DNA from: Sedimentisphaerales bacterium
GTDB taxonomy: Bacteria; Planctomycetota; Phycisphaerae; Sedimentisphaerales; Anaerobacaceae
DNA: 64,000 nucleotides
Reading direction: 5' to 3'
Assembly: GCA_963708075.1 (NCBI GenBank)
Contig: OY970194.1
Span: 4,224,001-4,288,000, forward strand
Below are positions 52,817 to 63,256 of this stretch, in pieces. The notes beneath the pieces were generated by a model. It worked only from the letters and a program-made list of their open reading frames with translations. It ran no database searches and was not told the origin of the DNA. Each line of letters begins with the position of its first letter. Within the stretch, counting starts at the first letter, position 1. A program made the translations under genes and the position numbers.

Positions 52817-55348
52817 TTATTGTGACGGGTGCCCTTCTAAATCGAGATAAGGCCATTTATTCGCGGCCTCCGGATGGTACCAGAAGAGTTTCCAATATTC
52901 CTGGTCCAGGGAAAATCCATCCACAGGATCGACGCCCGGGTCGAATTGCGCGGGCAGGACACCGAACCTCTTCATCTCCCGGATGTATTGCCGATTGGGC
53001 TTGAATCCGGGCATGCCATACCTTGCAGTCGCTGCGAGTTGCTGGTTCCGACCTCGGATATCCGTAAGCAGCGTCCGGTAATCCACGTCTTCTGTGCCTT
53101 CAAACTGATGCGGGCAACTGGCCCACCCCCCTGCCGATTTTGGCAGCGGGCCCAGCAACAGGGGCGAACACTCCGGGCGAGACAGGTTCAGCAGCACGTG
53201 TGCGGAAAAACGAAGGTCCTCCTGGCGGACAATGCGTTCATAGGGGGCCAACCGCAGCGTCTTTACTATTTCTGTTCGTTCCTGCTCCGACATCCCCAGA
53301 GGCAGCGGAGGGGCTTGTTTTCCCTCCACATGACATTGCCGGCATCGCTGGTTCAGGACCGGTGATCCAAACGCGGAGTGTAAGGAGCCCTCGCGGGCCT
53401 GGTCCTCGGCATTGCGCAGGGCGGCATAGGTCCCCGCGTACGGCGCCCCGCTTTCCAGCCATAGCCAGATCGTCCGCCACTGATCGGCCGTGACCTTGAC
53501 ATCGTGGTGGGAGCCGTCGATCTTGTGCACCAGCCCGCTCGCCGATGAGCCGATGGTACGCGGCTTCTGGTTTCCAAGACCGTTGCGGCCGTCCGCCACC
53601 TGGCCGGCGGCCAGCAGCGTGTAGTAGCTGATCGACCAGCACACGCCGAGATCGTCGGTCAGTACCACGTGCCCCTGCGGATCGTCGTAGCTGTGGCATT
53701 TGACGCAGTGGGCGTTGAGGATTGGCTGGATGTCCCGGCGGAAGTCCAGTACGTCCGGTAAAGTCTGAAATGGCGTGATCCGGCTTGGGGCCCGCCGGGC
53801 AGCCAGCAGTGCGGCGCTCGCCGTGGAGGCGGGCGTCTGCATCCGCGGCTCGTGGCACCCGACGCAGCCGAGCACTTCGCCCGGCATGATGCTCGTGAAG
53901 CTCTGCATCCGTTTGACGGACAGGTCATTCGCATCCAGTGCGACGAAGAACACCGGCCGGCCCGCGGGAACCTCGAAGTACGCGGAGCCGTCGGACTCCA
54001 CAGGCACCGTGCCCAGGACCCGTTCCAGCGTGAACGTCCCCAGCCAGGAGGTCAGGTCCATGCCGCCGCTGAAGTTCACCGGCTTGGGCAGGATTTCGAG
54101 GACCAGCAGCTTTTTGATGTCGCCGGGCCGGATACCCTCCATGTTTCGCCCGCTGTACACGTTCGCCAGAAGCATCCTGCCGCTGGCGCTGGCGGCGTTC
54201 GTGCGGTCGGTCAGGATGCGCTCGCGGGGCCGCTGTGTCACCGGGATCGGCTCATGGACGTTCGCCCCGCCCTTGCAGGTCAGGACGGGCGTGAGACTGC
54301 CGTCGTACGTCCCGAGGAGAACCCGTTTCTGCGAGGCCACCAGGAAAGCGTCTTTGCCGATAGGCGCCGGATCGTTGCATCCCCACTTGTTCGCGATTCG
54401 GCGGCTGCCCCGCACGTCGTCTGGGCCGTACTGGACCGAGATCGTGCAGACGAATCCCCGATGGTCCGTGCTGCCGTGGCCCGGGGAGTCGATCAGCAGC
54501 AGCGCGTCGCTGCCGGGGATTGGTTTGGCGTCGATGTACAGCGGATAGTGTTCCTGGTTGCCGAAATGTGCCGTCACGTCGGTCCCGTCCGGGTTCATCG
54601 CCCAGAGCTGATGGTATCCCACCTGGGAGCGGTCCACATACTCCCACCGCGTGTAGAGGATTCGCCCATCGGGCAGGACGGCGGGCGTGTTGTCGTGCTC
54701 GATATTGAAAGACAGCGGGCGAATGTTCCCGCCCTGACGGTCGCAGCGAAACAGCGTGCCGACCTGGGTCATCCAGCAGCCGACCCATCGTTCGCTCCGC
54801 GTCGAGACGAAGACGATGTCGCCGTCGGGCAGGTAGATTGCCTCATAGTCATCGAATGGTCCCTGCGTGACCTGCCGCAGCCCGGTGCCATCGATCTGCA
54901 TCTCACAGAGATTGTAATAGTCGCTCCCAGCCCGGCGGTAAGAGAACAGGATGGTCCGACCGTCATAGTGGACATGCGGGTCCCGGATACTCCCGCCGCC
55001 GGCGTCGAGCAGGACGTCGATTTGGCCCGTGGCGGTATTGAGCAGGTACAACGCGCTCTCATCCGGCTTGCCATTGCCGGCGTAGGCCTTGTGATTCTCA
55101 TCGTCGCAGTAGTACCCGATGTTGGCGTACCAATGCGGGTCATCGTAGCCGAGCCGGGTCGCAAAGACCACTTGTCCGATGCCCAACCGGGCCAGCGCCT
55201 CTACGCCCTTCTCGATCTGAAAACGCTGCCCCTCCGCAGGAGATGTCTGCCCATTCACCGTCACCCAGCATGACAGGAGCACAACCGCCAGAGCACATAT
55301 CAGCCGCACCATGTGGTTCATCTTGCGGTTTGCCCGACTCATTGCCAT
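52817..55348 (-). CDS. HzsA-related beta-propeller / c-type cytochrome protein
   Basis: Propeller motifs YLPDGDIVFVSTR and VLPDGRILYTRWEYVDR; LGTVPVESDGSAYFEVPA...KRMQSF...GCVGCHE; three CxxCH motifs. Confidence 0.85.
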   Translation of the reverse strand: MAMSRANRKMNHMVRLICALAVVLLSCWVTVNGQTSPAEGQRFQIEKGVEALARLGIGQVVFATRLGYDDPHWYANIGYYCDDENHKAYAGNGKPDESALYLLNTATGQIDVLLDAGGGSIRDPHVHYDGRTILFSYRRAGSDYYNLCEMQIDGTGLRQVTQGPFDDYEAIYLPDGDIVFVSTRSERWVGCWMTQVGTLFRCDRQGGNIRPLSFNIEHDNTPAVLPDGRILYTRWEYVDRSQVGYHQLWAMNPDGTDVTAHFGNQEHYPLYIDAKPIPGSDALLLIDSPGHGSTDHRGFVCTISVQYGPDDVRGSRRIANKWGCNDPAPIGKDAFLVASQKRVLLGTYDGSLTPVLTCKGGANVHEPIPVTQRPRERILTDRTNAASASGRMLLANVYSGRNMEGIRPGDIKKLLVLEILPKPVNFSGGMDLTSWLGTFTLERVLGTVPVESDGSAYFEVPAGRPVFFVALDANDLSVKRMQSFTSIMPGEVLGCVGCHEPRMQTPASTASAALLAARRAPSRITPFQTLPDVLDFRRDIQPILNAHCVKCHSYDDPQGHVVLTDDLGVCWSISYYTLLAAGQVADGRNGLGNQKPRTIGSSASGLVHKIDGSHHDVKVTADQWRTIWLWLESGAPYAGTYAALRNAEDQAREGSLHSAFGSPVLNQRCRQCHVEGKQAPPLPLGMSEQERTEIVKTLRLAPYERIVRQEDLRFSAHVLLNLSRPECSPLLLGPLPKSAGGWASCPHQFEGTEDVDYRTLLTDIRGRNQQLAATARYGMPGFKPNRQYIREMKRFGVLPAQFDPGVDPVDGFSLDQEYWKLFWYHPEAANKWPYLDLEGHPSQ

Positions 55349-55498
55349 CGTGCTCTCCTCACACCGACTCCACATCCTCGACGCCCTGCCCTCTCCAATT
55401 GATAGAGTAAGGTGCCGCCCGACTGTTGTCAACATACGCCCGCGCCAGGCAATCGCATCGGGTGCGGCCGACATACGATAGCGGATTCGAGCCGCACA

Positions 55499-55526
55499 GT
55501 AGAGCGAGCGGGAACGCTCGCCCTAC
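55499..55526. repeat. REP-like palindrome (GTAG type)
   Basis: GTAGAGCGAGCG-GGAA-CGCTCGCCCTAC; related to 61263-61364. Confidence 0.7.
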
Positions 55527-55667
55527 GAAAGACCACATGGACCGCCACTATATTCCGACCACACCCATCGTATCTCGATTGCCTGCCACTGTTCTCAGGA
55601 CAGGACAACAACTCCAGATATGCCTTACTTGCTCCGGATTGGAGTTGGGTGCAGCGTCCGCAGATGA

Positions 55668-58272
55668 CTACCGGCCGGTCTTGTTCGCAGGCGAGCGCTG
55701 CCAGTAGAGCTGGATTTGCCTGGCGATTTGCTCGGCGAGCTTCTGGTTGCCGGCGGACTTGGCGATCTGGAGCGCTTCTTCCAGGCAACTCAGGGCTTTA
55801 TCGGCCTGGTTTGTCTGTGCGTAACTGGCTGCAAGGCTTACCAGCGCGTTCGCGTTGCCAGGATCGAGCCGCAGGATCTGGCGGAGATGCGGGATTGCCC
55901 GGTCGTGCTGTTTGAGCCGAGCCAGGGTGCTCGCGAGATTGTAGCGGATAGCAGTGTTGCCGGGATCGAGGTCCACGGCTTTGGACAGTTGTGCCAGGCC
56001 CTCCTGGATCGCCCCTTTCGCACAAAGGGCGTTGCCCAAGTGGGTCTGCGCCATGGCGTCGTTTGGCTTGAGTTGTGCGGCTTTGCGATAATGCACAATG
56101 GCCTGGTCCACGTTGCCTTGCTCCTCCAGCGCCACGGCGAGGTTGTGGTGGGCTTCGTAGTTGTCGGGGTTGAGCTCCGCCGTCCGCGACCAGCACTTCA
56201 TGGCCTCCTGCTTGTTCCCCCGGCGCAACTCCGCCACGGCGAGATTGAAGTACGCCTCGGCGCTATCCGGGGCAAGCTCCAGGGCTTTGTGCAAATAACC
56301 GACGGCCTCATCCAGCATGTCCCGGGCGATGAAGACGGCCCCCAGATCCACCTGGATTTCGCCGTCGCTCGGATTCACCTTTGCCGCCTCGCGACAAATA
56401 TCGGATCGGCCTCGTCATACTGCTCGCGTCCCAGCAGGGCCAGCCCAAGGCAATGCAGGGCGTCACAGTTCTTCGGATTCAGCTCCAGCGCCTTTCTGTG
56501 CCTGGCGTTCCGCGCCCTCATAATCGTTCTGACTTGAAGTACTCCCATGCGGCCCGGGCATAGGAGACATCGTCGATGAATTGCTCCCGTATATGCCCGA
56601 TGGCGGAGGGGGCGACATTGACGAATTCCGGGATGTTGGCCGCGCGGTCCGGGGCGGTCAGGTGGTCCAGAACCACCGCCGGCGTGCTCTCGCCATGCTC
56701 GTCGATGTGGGTCAGGTAGAGCCGCGTGTAGGGAGAGTCGGGCTTGCCTGAGAAGACGAGCCATTTGCCGTTCGGCGAAAAGCTGTGCCAGGAGTTCATC
56801 CGCTTGGTGTTGGCGCGCAGTCTGCGGGCTTCGCCTCCCTCGGCGGGAATGATGAATAACTCGCTGTCCGGCTGGAGAAGCATGTAGTTCTCGGCCCGGC
56901 AGAACACGATCCACTTGCCGTCGGGCGAGTACTTCGGGAAGAAGTTGCTCTTGCCGTTGAAGGACGCCCCCGCGATCGGCTCGGCCTTGCCCCCTCGGCC
57001 GCCGTTGAAGGGGATTCGATAGAGGTTGAATTTGAAGGGCTTTCCCTCCTCCAGAAATTCGCGGCAGTCGGCGGGACTCAGAAGCACGGTTCCCGGATCG
57101 CTGCCGCGCTTCGTGAGACTGTACGCCTCGGTCGCCGCAAAGACAATGTACTTGCCGTCCGGGCTCCACGTCGCGTTGCTCTGGACCAGGCTCGGCGTCG
57201 TCCGCCCCCGGCAGCGACTGGAACGTGCCGGTCTGCCGGTCATACACGCACAAGAATGCCCTTCACGGGAAAGAACAACTGCGAGAAATCCAGGCCGGGC
57301 TTGGCGACAAAGACGGACTCATCCTGGACGGTGCTCACCACGAATCTGCCGTCGGGGGAGACCTGGGAGAGCAAGCCGAAGGTCGCCTCTCCTTCGTTCC
57401 TCCGGTAGTCGCTCCACGTGATGATCGCGCTCTTGTCGAGCGTCATGGTCCTGACGGACCGGCGCGATGGCATAGGAGCCCTTGTCGTTGGCATAGTCGA
57501 TGTCCATCCCCAGAACGGCGCCGTCGGCGGAGAACGAGTGGCAGTTCCCGCACACGGGCAGGTTCTCCAGCACGACCGGCGGACGCTGCCGCGGACGACA
57601 CCGCTCCGAAGCGCCAGCGAATGGCGGACGGGTCCTTCACGGCATCCGCAAAGGGGAGGTTCACTTCCCGGTAGAACAGGGCGCGCCCACCTTATCCGAC
57701 GAGGTCCGGATGGTGACACGTCCCGCGGACAGGACTTCTGACGGCGCCTCGCGGCTGACTCCGGCGATCGTCACGACGGCCGGCGTCTCCAGGGATCGGC
57801 TCTTGATCTTCTCCCAAACCGCCGGTTCGGGCCGCCATTCAGGCTGCCGGCTGAAACCGTTGATGCGTCCTCGGCCGTCGGAAAACTCAATCGTGACGAG
57901 CCACAGGTCCGCGTGGAAATCCTCGTCCTTCCAGCGAAAGGCCGGAGCGACGATCTCGGGCGGGAACAGCGTCCCATCCAGCGGGTACTCAACCACGATC
58001 CGATGCGGCGGTGTCGTTGCGGCCAGGGACTCCAGCACATCCCGCGGGCGTATCTGCCATCCACGAACCCAGAGAATCGCCAGAGACACAGCGACAACAA
58101 TCGCCGCTGCACCTGCCCCCACCAGGAGCTTTCGAGTGCACTTTCGCACAGCCTCTTGCCCCAGCGCTGCCATCCACAGGTAGACGGGGCGTTGATTGCC
58201 CGTCTCACTCCTATAGTACCACAATTCGTGCGGTGGCGACGACAGGAATTCTGGGGACATACGGGTAGTCAC
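55668..58272 (-). CDS. TolB/PD40-repeat + TPR protein (about 7 frameshifts; sequencing errors or pseudogene)
   Basis: Consecutive fragments YPLDGTLFPPEI, PVCGNCHSFSADG, VSPDGRFVV, WSPDGKYIVF, YSPDGKWIVF, then TPRs. The start may be GTG 58149. Confidence 0.75.
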
Positions 58273-58474
58273 ATCGGGTTTTCTCTTGACGCCGGCCCGC
58301 CCGTGAGGTAGGCTGGTGGCTACAGTGGCGGATTACCGTCCCCCTGTCGAGTAGCGGATTCTTGCGGATGAAGAGGGATCATCGATGGCGCGGGAGGATG
58401 ACAGTTTCGTAAAAGGCGCCGCCGCGCCGGTTGTCTACACGTTTTGCGAGGTTCTGCGATTAAGGAGGCCGATC

Positions 58475-61205
58475 ATGTCCAGTAAGTCGATCATGCTTGT
58501 CACGGTAGCGTTCGTACTGGGGCTGGCGCAAGCCGGTTTCGCCCAGGTGGACTCGGATCTTATTGGGTGGTGGCGGATGGATGAGGGGCGGGGCACCACT
58601 GCCGCTGATCTAAGTCGGTACGGCAATCACGGCACCTTTGTCGGAGCCCCCAAGTGGTTCGCCGGCAAAATCGGCAGTGCCCTGCAATTCGACGGAGCCG
58701 ACGACTACGCGCGCTGTGCCCAACGGGTGGGAGCCAAGCCTGGCACCTATTCGGCGGAACTGATGCCGGCGACGTTCACCGTAGCCTGTTGGACAAAACT
58801 GGACACCTTCGCCTTTTTCAGCAGCTTCGTCGGGAACGGCATGGACAGCGCGGACGATGAGTGCGGCTTCTTCCTGTATAATTACGGCTGGCTCGATGAG
58901 AGCGGAAAAGACTTCGGCCTGGCGATACGCACCGAGACAGGCGCCGAAATGAGCTACGTGGAGACTCCGAACACCTATGAGAACCAACACGTGGTACCAC
59001 GTCGCCGCAACCTATGACGGGACCAACGTCAGCATGTACGTCAACGGCGCCCTTGTCGCCGGCCCTACGGATGTGGGTGGTCCCATGCGATGGATCAGTC
59101 AGGCCAGCGGAAATTACCCGGAGCGGTTCTCCATCGGGGTGTGGCTCGACCCGGGCTACGATCTATGGGTGGACGGCGCCATCGACGACGTGCGCTACTA
59201 CAGCCGAGCTCTCGATGCGAGCGAGGTCAAAGCGCTCATGACGGCTGTGTCGTATTACCCGTTCGCCTACGCTCCGATACCCAAGCACAGCACCACGATC
59301 AAGACAACCTCGCAGGTGCTTCAGTGGAGCCCGGGTGACTCGGCCGTCTCGCACGAAGTCTACTTCGGCCAGAGCCTGGAGCAGGTCGCTGCGGCCACGC
59401 CGGCCGATATCGGCGTCTTCGTCGGCAGGCTCGCTGTCCGCACGCTGGTCGTCGGCACAGGCAGCGGTCCCTACCCCCAGGGACTGACTCCTGGAGCCAC
59501 CTACTACTGGCGCGTGGATGAGGTCAACGATGCAAATCCCAACAGTTTGTGGAAAGGCGAGGTCTGGAGTTTCTCGGTCCAGCCGCTGACCGCGTGGAAG
59601 CCGTACCCGCCCGATGGGATGAGACATGTCGATCCCAATCAGGACCTGAGCTGGGAAGACGGGCTGGGCGCCGTATACAACACAGTCTACGTCGGCCGCA
59701 GCTTCGATGAGGTCAACAACGCCACGGCAGATGGAACGATCGCGATGGGCCCCGTCCATGATCCGGGCCCCCTCGCGCTGGACACGACGTACTACTGGCG
59801 AGTGGACCAGTACGTGACTCCGGCAAACGTCACACGCAAGGGCCCCGTCTGGAGCCTCACCACGCGCGGGCCCGGCGGCGGCGTCAAGGCCCAGTACTTC
59901 GACGGCAGGAACCTCTCGGGAACGCCGGTACTGACCCAGATCGAGGGTTCAATCGACCACGCCTGGGGCGGTGAGATCGCCGGCGGCCTGGCCGACAATG
60001 TCTCGGCCCGCTGGACGGCCGATCTCGAGGCCCCGTTCACCGAGACGTACAATCTCATCACGACCAGCGATGACGGCGTGCGGCTTTGGCTCGACGGCCG
60101 CATGATCGTCGACAACTGGACCGACCACGGCACCACCAGCAACGTGGCCAAGGTGGACCTGATCGCAGGCCAGATCTACTCCGTCCGTATGGAGTTCTAT
60201 GAGGGCGAAGGGTCCGCGGTGGCGAAGCTCTCCTGGGAGAGCCCGACGCTCCCACGACAGATCATTCCGCAAGGCTGGCTGCAGTTGGCGCTCTGGGCGA
60301 CCAGTCCCTCTCCGGCCAATGGCGAAACCCAAGCCCCGCCGACGCCGATGCTTCGCTGGAGCGCCGGCGATGAGGCCACCAATCACGACGTCTACTTCGG
60401 TGCGGATTCCGCGGCGGTGACCGCGGCAACGCCCGCCGACGCGGGCGTCTATGGCGGCAGGCAGGCCGTAGATGCTGTCACCTACAACCCCGGGCCGCTG
60501 GAGTGGAACAAGACCTACTATTGGCGCGTGGACGAGGTCAATCTGGCAAATCCGGAGAGTCCGTGGAAAGGCCGCGTGTGGAGCTTCACCACCGCCAACT
60601 TCGTCGTCATCGATGACTTCGAGGTCTACACCAACGATTCGCCCAACCGCCTCTTCCAGACCTGGGTCGATGGCCTGGGCTACTCGAAGGATCTGTACTT
60701 CCCGAACGGCTATGGCGGCAACAGCACGGGTGCGGCCGTCGGACACGACGTCTGGAACTCGCAAAGCGCATACTTCGGCGGCTCCATCGTCGAGACCAAA
60801 GACGTTCACGGCGGCTATCAGGCGATGCCTCTCTACTACGACAACACGGCCACGCCCTACGATTCCGAGGCCCAGCGAACGTGGTCCACGGCGCAGGACT
60901 GGACAGTCAACGGCGTCACCGACTTGGTGCTGTACGCACGCGGCAAGGCAGATAACGCTCCTGCCCCGCTATACATAGCGGTCGAAGACAGTGCCGGCCA
61001 CGTCGCCATTGTCACCCACGCGGACAGCGCTACTGCAACCGCCAAGGACTGGGCCGAGTGGAAGATCCCGCTCAGCGATCTCGCCAATGCCAAGGTGACG
61101 TTGACCGCCGTCAAGAAAATGTGCATCGGCGTAGGCAGCCGGAACGCCGCAGCGGCAGGCGGAGCCGGCGTGGTCTTTATCGATGACATTCGCCTGACCA
61201 AATAG
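58475..61205 (+). CDS. Secreted LamG + FN3-like + PA14 domain protein (+1 frameshift near 58982)
   Basis: RBS TAAGGAGG; signal peptide; LIGWWRMDEG...WYHVAATYDG; SARWT...SDDGVRLWLDG (PA14); YYWRVD x3; DDFEVYTNDSPNRLFQTWVDG domain. Confidence 0.85.
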
Positions 61206-61262
61206 CCCGCCGGCCAGGGATCGGGCGCAGTCGGAACACGGCAGCGAATCACGCGGCTCTTC

Positions 61263-61364
61263 GTAGGGCGAGCGTCCCCGCTCGCCCATTTAGAACACTT
61301 GCGATAGCCGGAACGTTGCGCCGGCGTACGTGACAAGAGGGACGAGCGGGGACGCTCGTCCTAC
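61263..61364. repeat. Inverted REP doublet (REPIN/BIME-like)
   Basis: GTAGGGCGAGCGTCCCCGCTCGCCC (61263-61287) and GGACGAGCGGGGACGCTCGTCCTAC (61340-61364). Confidence 0.8.
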
Positions 61365-61445
61365 GCGGAGGGTCAAATCTGCTGCCGAATACCGGCAGCC
61401 GCCTCGCCCTCTTCATTGCCGCACAGACCTCCGCGCAGGGTGAAT

Positions 61446-61636
61446 CACTTTCGATCGATTTTCGCACGATTCGTGCGCCGGTTTGGAAGTAAAAACAGGC
61501 GCCGCTGCAAATTTTCTTATTCCTTTCCCTGCCGGGACTTGCGGCATTTCCAACCTCCCGCAAGCCCGTTTTCTTCGACCAAATCGCGCACTTTCGTCCC
61601 CTAGTGGAGGGACGCCTTGTCCGTCCGCGACCCTCC
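61446..61636 (+). promoter_or_regulatory. Conserved non-coding leader of HNH-AP2 gene (copy B)
   Basis: Homologous to 3055-3248 (minus strand); palindrome CGCACGA-T-TCGTGCG at 61463-61477. Confidence 0.75.
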
Positions 61637-61663
61637 GGCACCCGTGCCATTATGGGATGTGAA

Positions 61664-62608
61664 ATGGACAATGCAGACATGGAGTCATCCGTGGAGAAGC
61701 GAACTTGTGCAAACTGCGTGTATGCCACGCCCCTGTGGGGCCGCTGGCTGCGGATCATCATGGCTGGCTGGTCCGGCCTGCGGATCTGCTTCAACAGTGC
61801 CCAGTCCCCCGGCCGCCTGCAGGAGGTCTACCCCACCGGCTCCTGCCGAAACTTCCATCCGAGGTGCGTCCAGCAGCATCACGCCCGACTACTGGACCGT
61901 TCGCCGAACACCTCACGGTCAAGGGAGGAAACGCGTCTAATCCCCCTGACCCACGGCTTGCACGCCATCGTCGACGCCGCCGACTTCGAGTGGCTCAGCC
62001 AGTACCAGTGGTTCCTGTGGGGCCCGGGTTACGCCGCCCGCCGCGTACGTGGCGGCGTCATCCTCATGCACAGGGAGATCATGAACGCTCCGACAGGCAA
62101 GGACATCGATCATTTCAACGGCCACCCATCGGACAATCGCAGACGCAATTTGCGTATCTGCACGCGATCCGAGAACCTGCGCAATACGCGCAAACGCCGC
62201 GGATGCCTGTCTCAGTACAAGGGCGTCTCCGTCAACAATCGTCACAGCAAGTGGATCGCCCAGATCTCGCTTGAACGCGAAAACATCAAGTTGGGCACGT
62301 TCGATGACGAGGCCGAAGCCGCACGCGCCTTCGACCGAGCCGCCCTCCTGCTCTTCGGCGAATACGCCTGGCTCAATTTTCCCGAAGAGTTCGACACCCG
62401 CCGCCAGGAAATCGCCAGTCCCCAATACCAGAAAGAGCTGGCCGCCAGAATAGAGAGAAAGAAGTCAAGAAAGCGTCAACGCCCACACGCCAAAGCGAAG
62501 TCCACCAAACGCAAGCCCCACGCCGCCGCGCGACGACGCAAAGGAGATAACAGAAAGAGAAAACGATCCCCCACGAACAAAACACGAAGGCATTCATCGC
62601 CTAACTGA
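61664..62608 (+). CDS. HNH endonuclease-AP2 domain protein with N-terminal Cys4 motif (copy B)
   Basis: CANC...C...CRNF; IDHFNGHPSDNRRRNLRICTRSENLRN; SQYKGV...LGTFDDEAEAARAFD...FGEYAWLNFP; K/R-rich tail. Confidence 0.88.
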   Translation: MDNADMESSVEKRTCANCVYATPLWGRWLRIIMAGWSGLRICFNSAQSPGRLQEVYPTGSCRNFHPRCVQQHHARLLDRSPNTSRSREETRLIPLTHGLHAIVDAADFEWLSQYQWFLWGPGYAARRVRGGVILMHREIMNAPTGKDIDHFNGHPSDNRRRNLRICTRSENLRNTRKRRGCLSQYKGVSVNNRHSKWIAQISLERENIKLGTFDDEAEAARAFDRAALLLFGEYAWLNFPEEFDTRRQEIASPQYQKELAARIERKKSRKRQRPHAKAKSTKRKPHAAARRRKGDNRKRKRSPTNKTRRHSSPN

Positions 62609-62619
62609 CAACCGGAGTT

Positions 62620-63240
62620 TTCAACCACGAAGTCCGCGAAGGCCACGAAGAAAACACGAAGTTGTAGGGTGGGTTCTTAACCCACGCGTTGAAGTCTTCT
62701 TTGCCACAGAGGTCACAGAGCCCACAGAGGAAACAAAACCGCTGATGAACGCCAGTTCGGATCCTGTCATTCCTGCAAAACTTGTCCTCGACCTGATCGA
62801 GGACAAGAATCCAGATTTCTTGAACTACGCAGGACACGGAGCCCGCAGAGTAGAATGTCAGCAGGTAGGAACATGGGAGGGAAGAAACCACCTGATTCCT
62901 GTTCCCCAATCCGCATTCCGCAATCCGAAATCCGCAATCACGGCGTCCCGCGGCCCCCTTCTCACTCCACATTCCGCAATCCGCAATCCCCACTCCAAAG
63001 GCCCCCTTTTTCCCTTGCCTGCCCCGCCCGCATCTGGCATAATAGTCCCCAGCGGAACACTCCTGGCGACAAGTGCGACGAATGAAAGTTGCGGCCCTCC
63101 GTGGGCCGGATAGATGTGGTGAGGCCGAGATGGATGCGATGGCCATGAAGGTAAGGCCGAGGGATAAATGAGACGGGAGAAGGTGGAAATAGGTTGACTG
63201 TCCCCGGTTTCCCCCCTCGGAATAAGTACCTGGCACCGTC
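62620..63240. repeat. Mosaic of different short repeat types
   Basis: CACGAAG and CACAGAG nonamers, GTAG-REP (62664-62685), hairpin CTTGTCCTCGA/TCGAGGACAAG (62781-62807), AATCCGC heptamers (62905-62990), GACTGTCCCC motif (~63198). Confidence 0.7.
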
Positions 63241-63256
63241 GCGCGGGCGCGCTCCC

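Noticed and set aside
52817..55348. Anammox hydrazine synthase
   Set aside because: No hzsB/hzsC or other anammox genes; HzsA-like domains are common in non-anammox planctomycetes.
62620..63000. CRISPR array
   Set aside because: The repeats are 7-9-mers or isolated hairpins without constant repeat-spacer periodicity; no cas genes.
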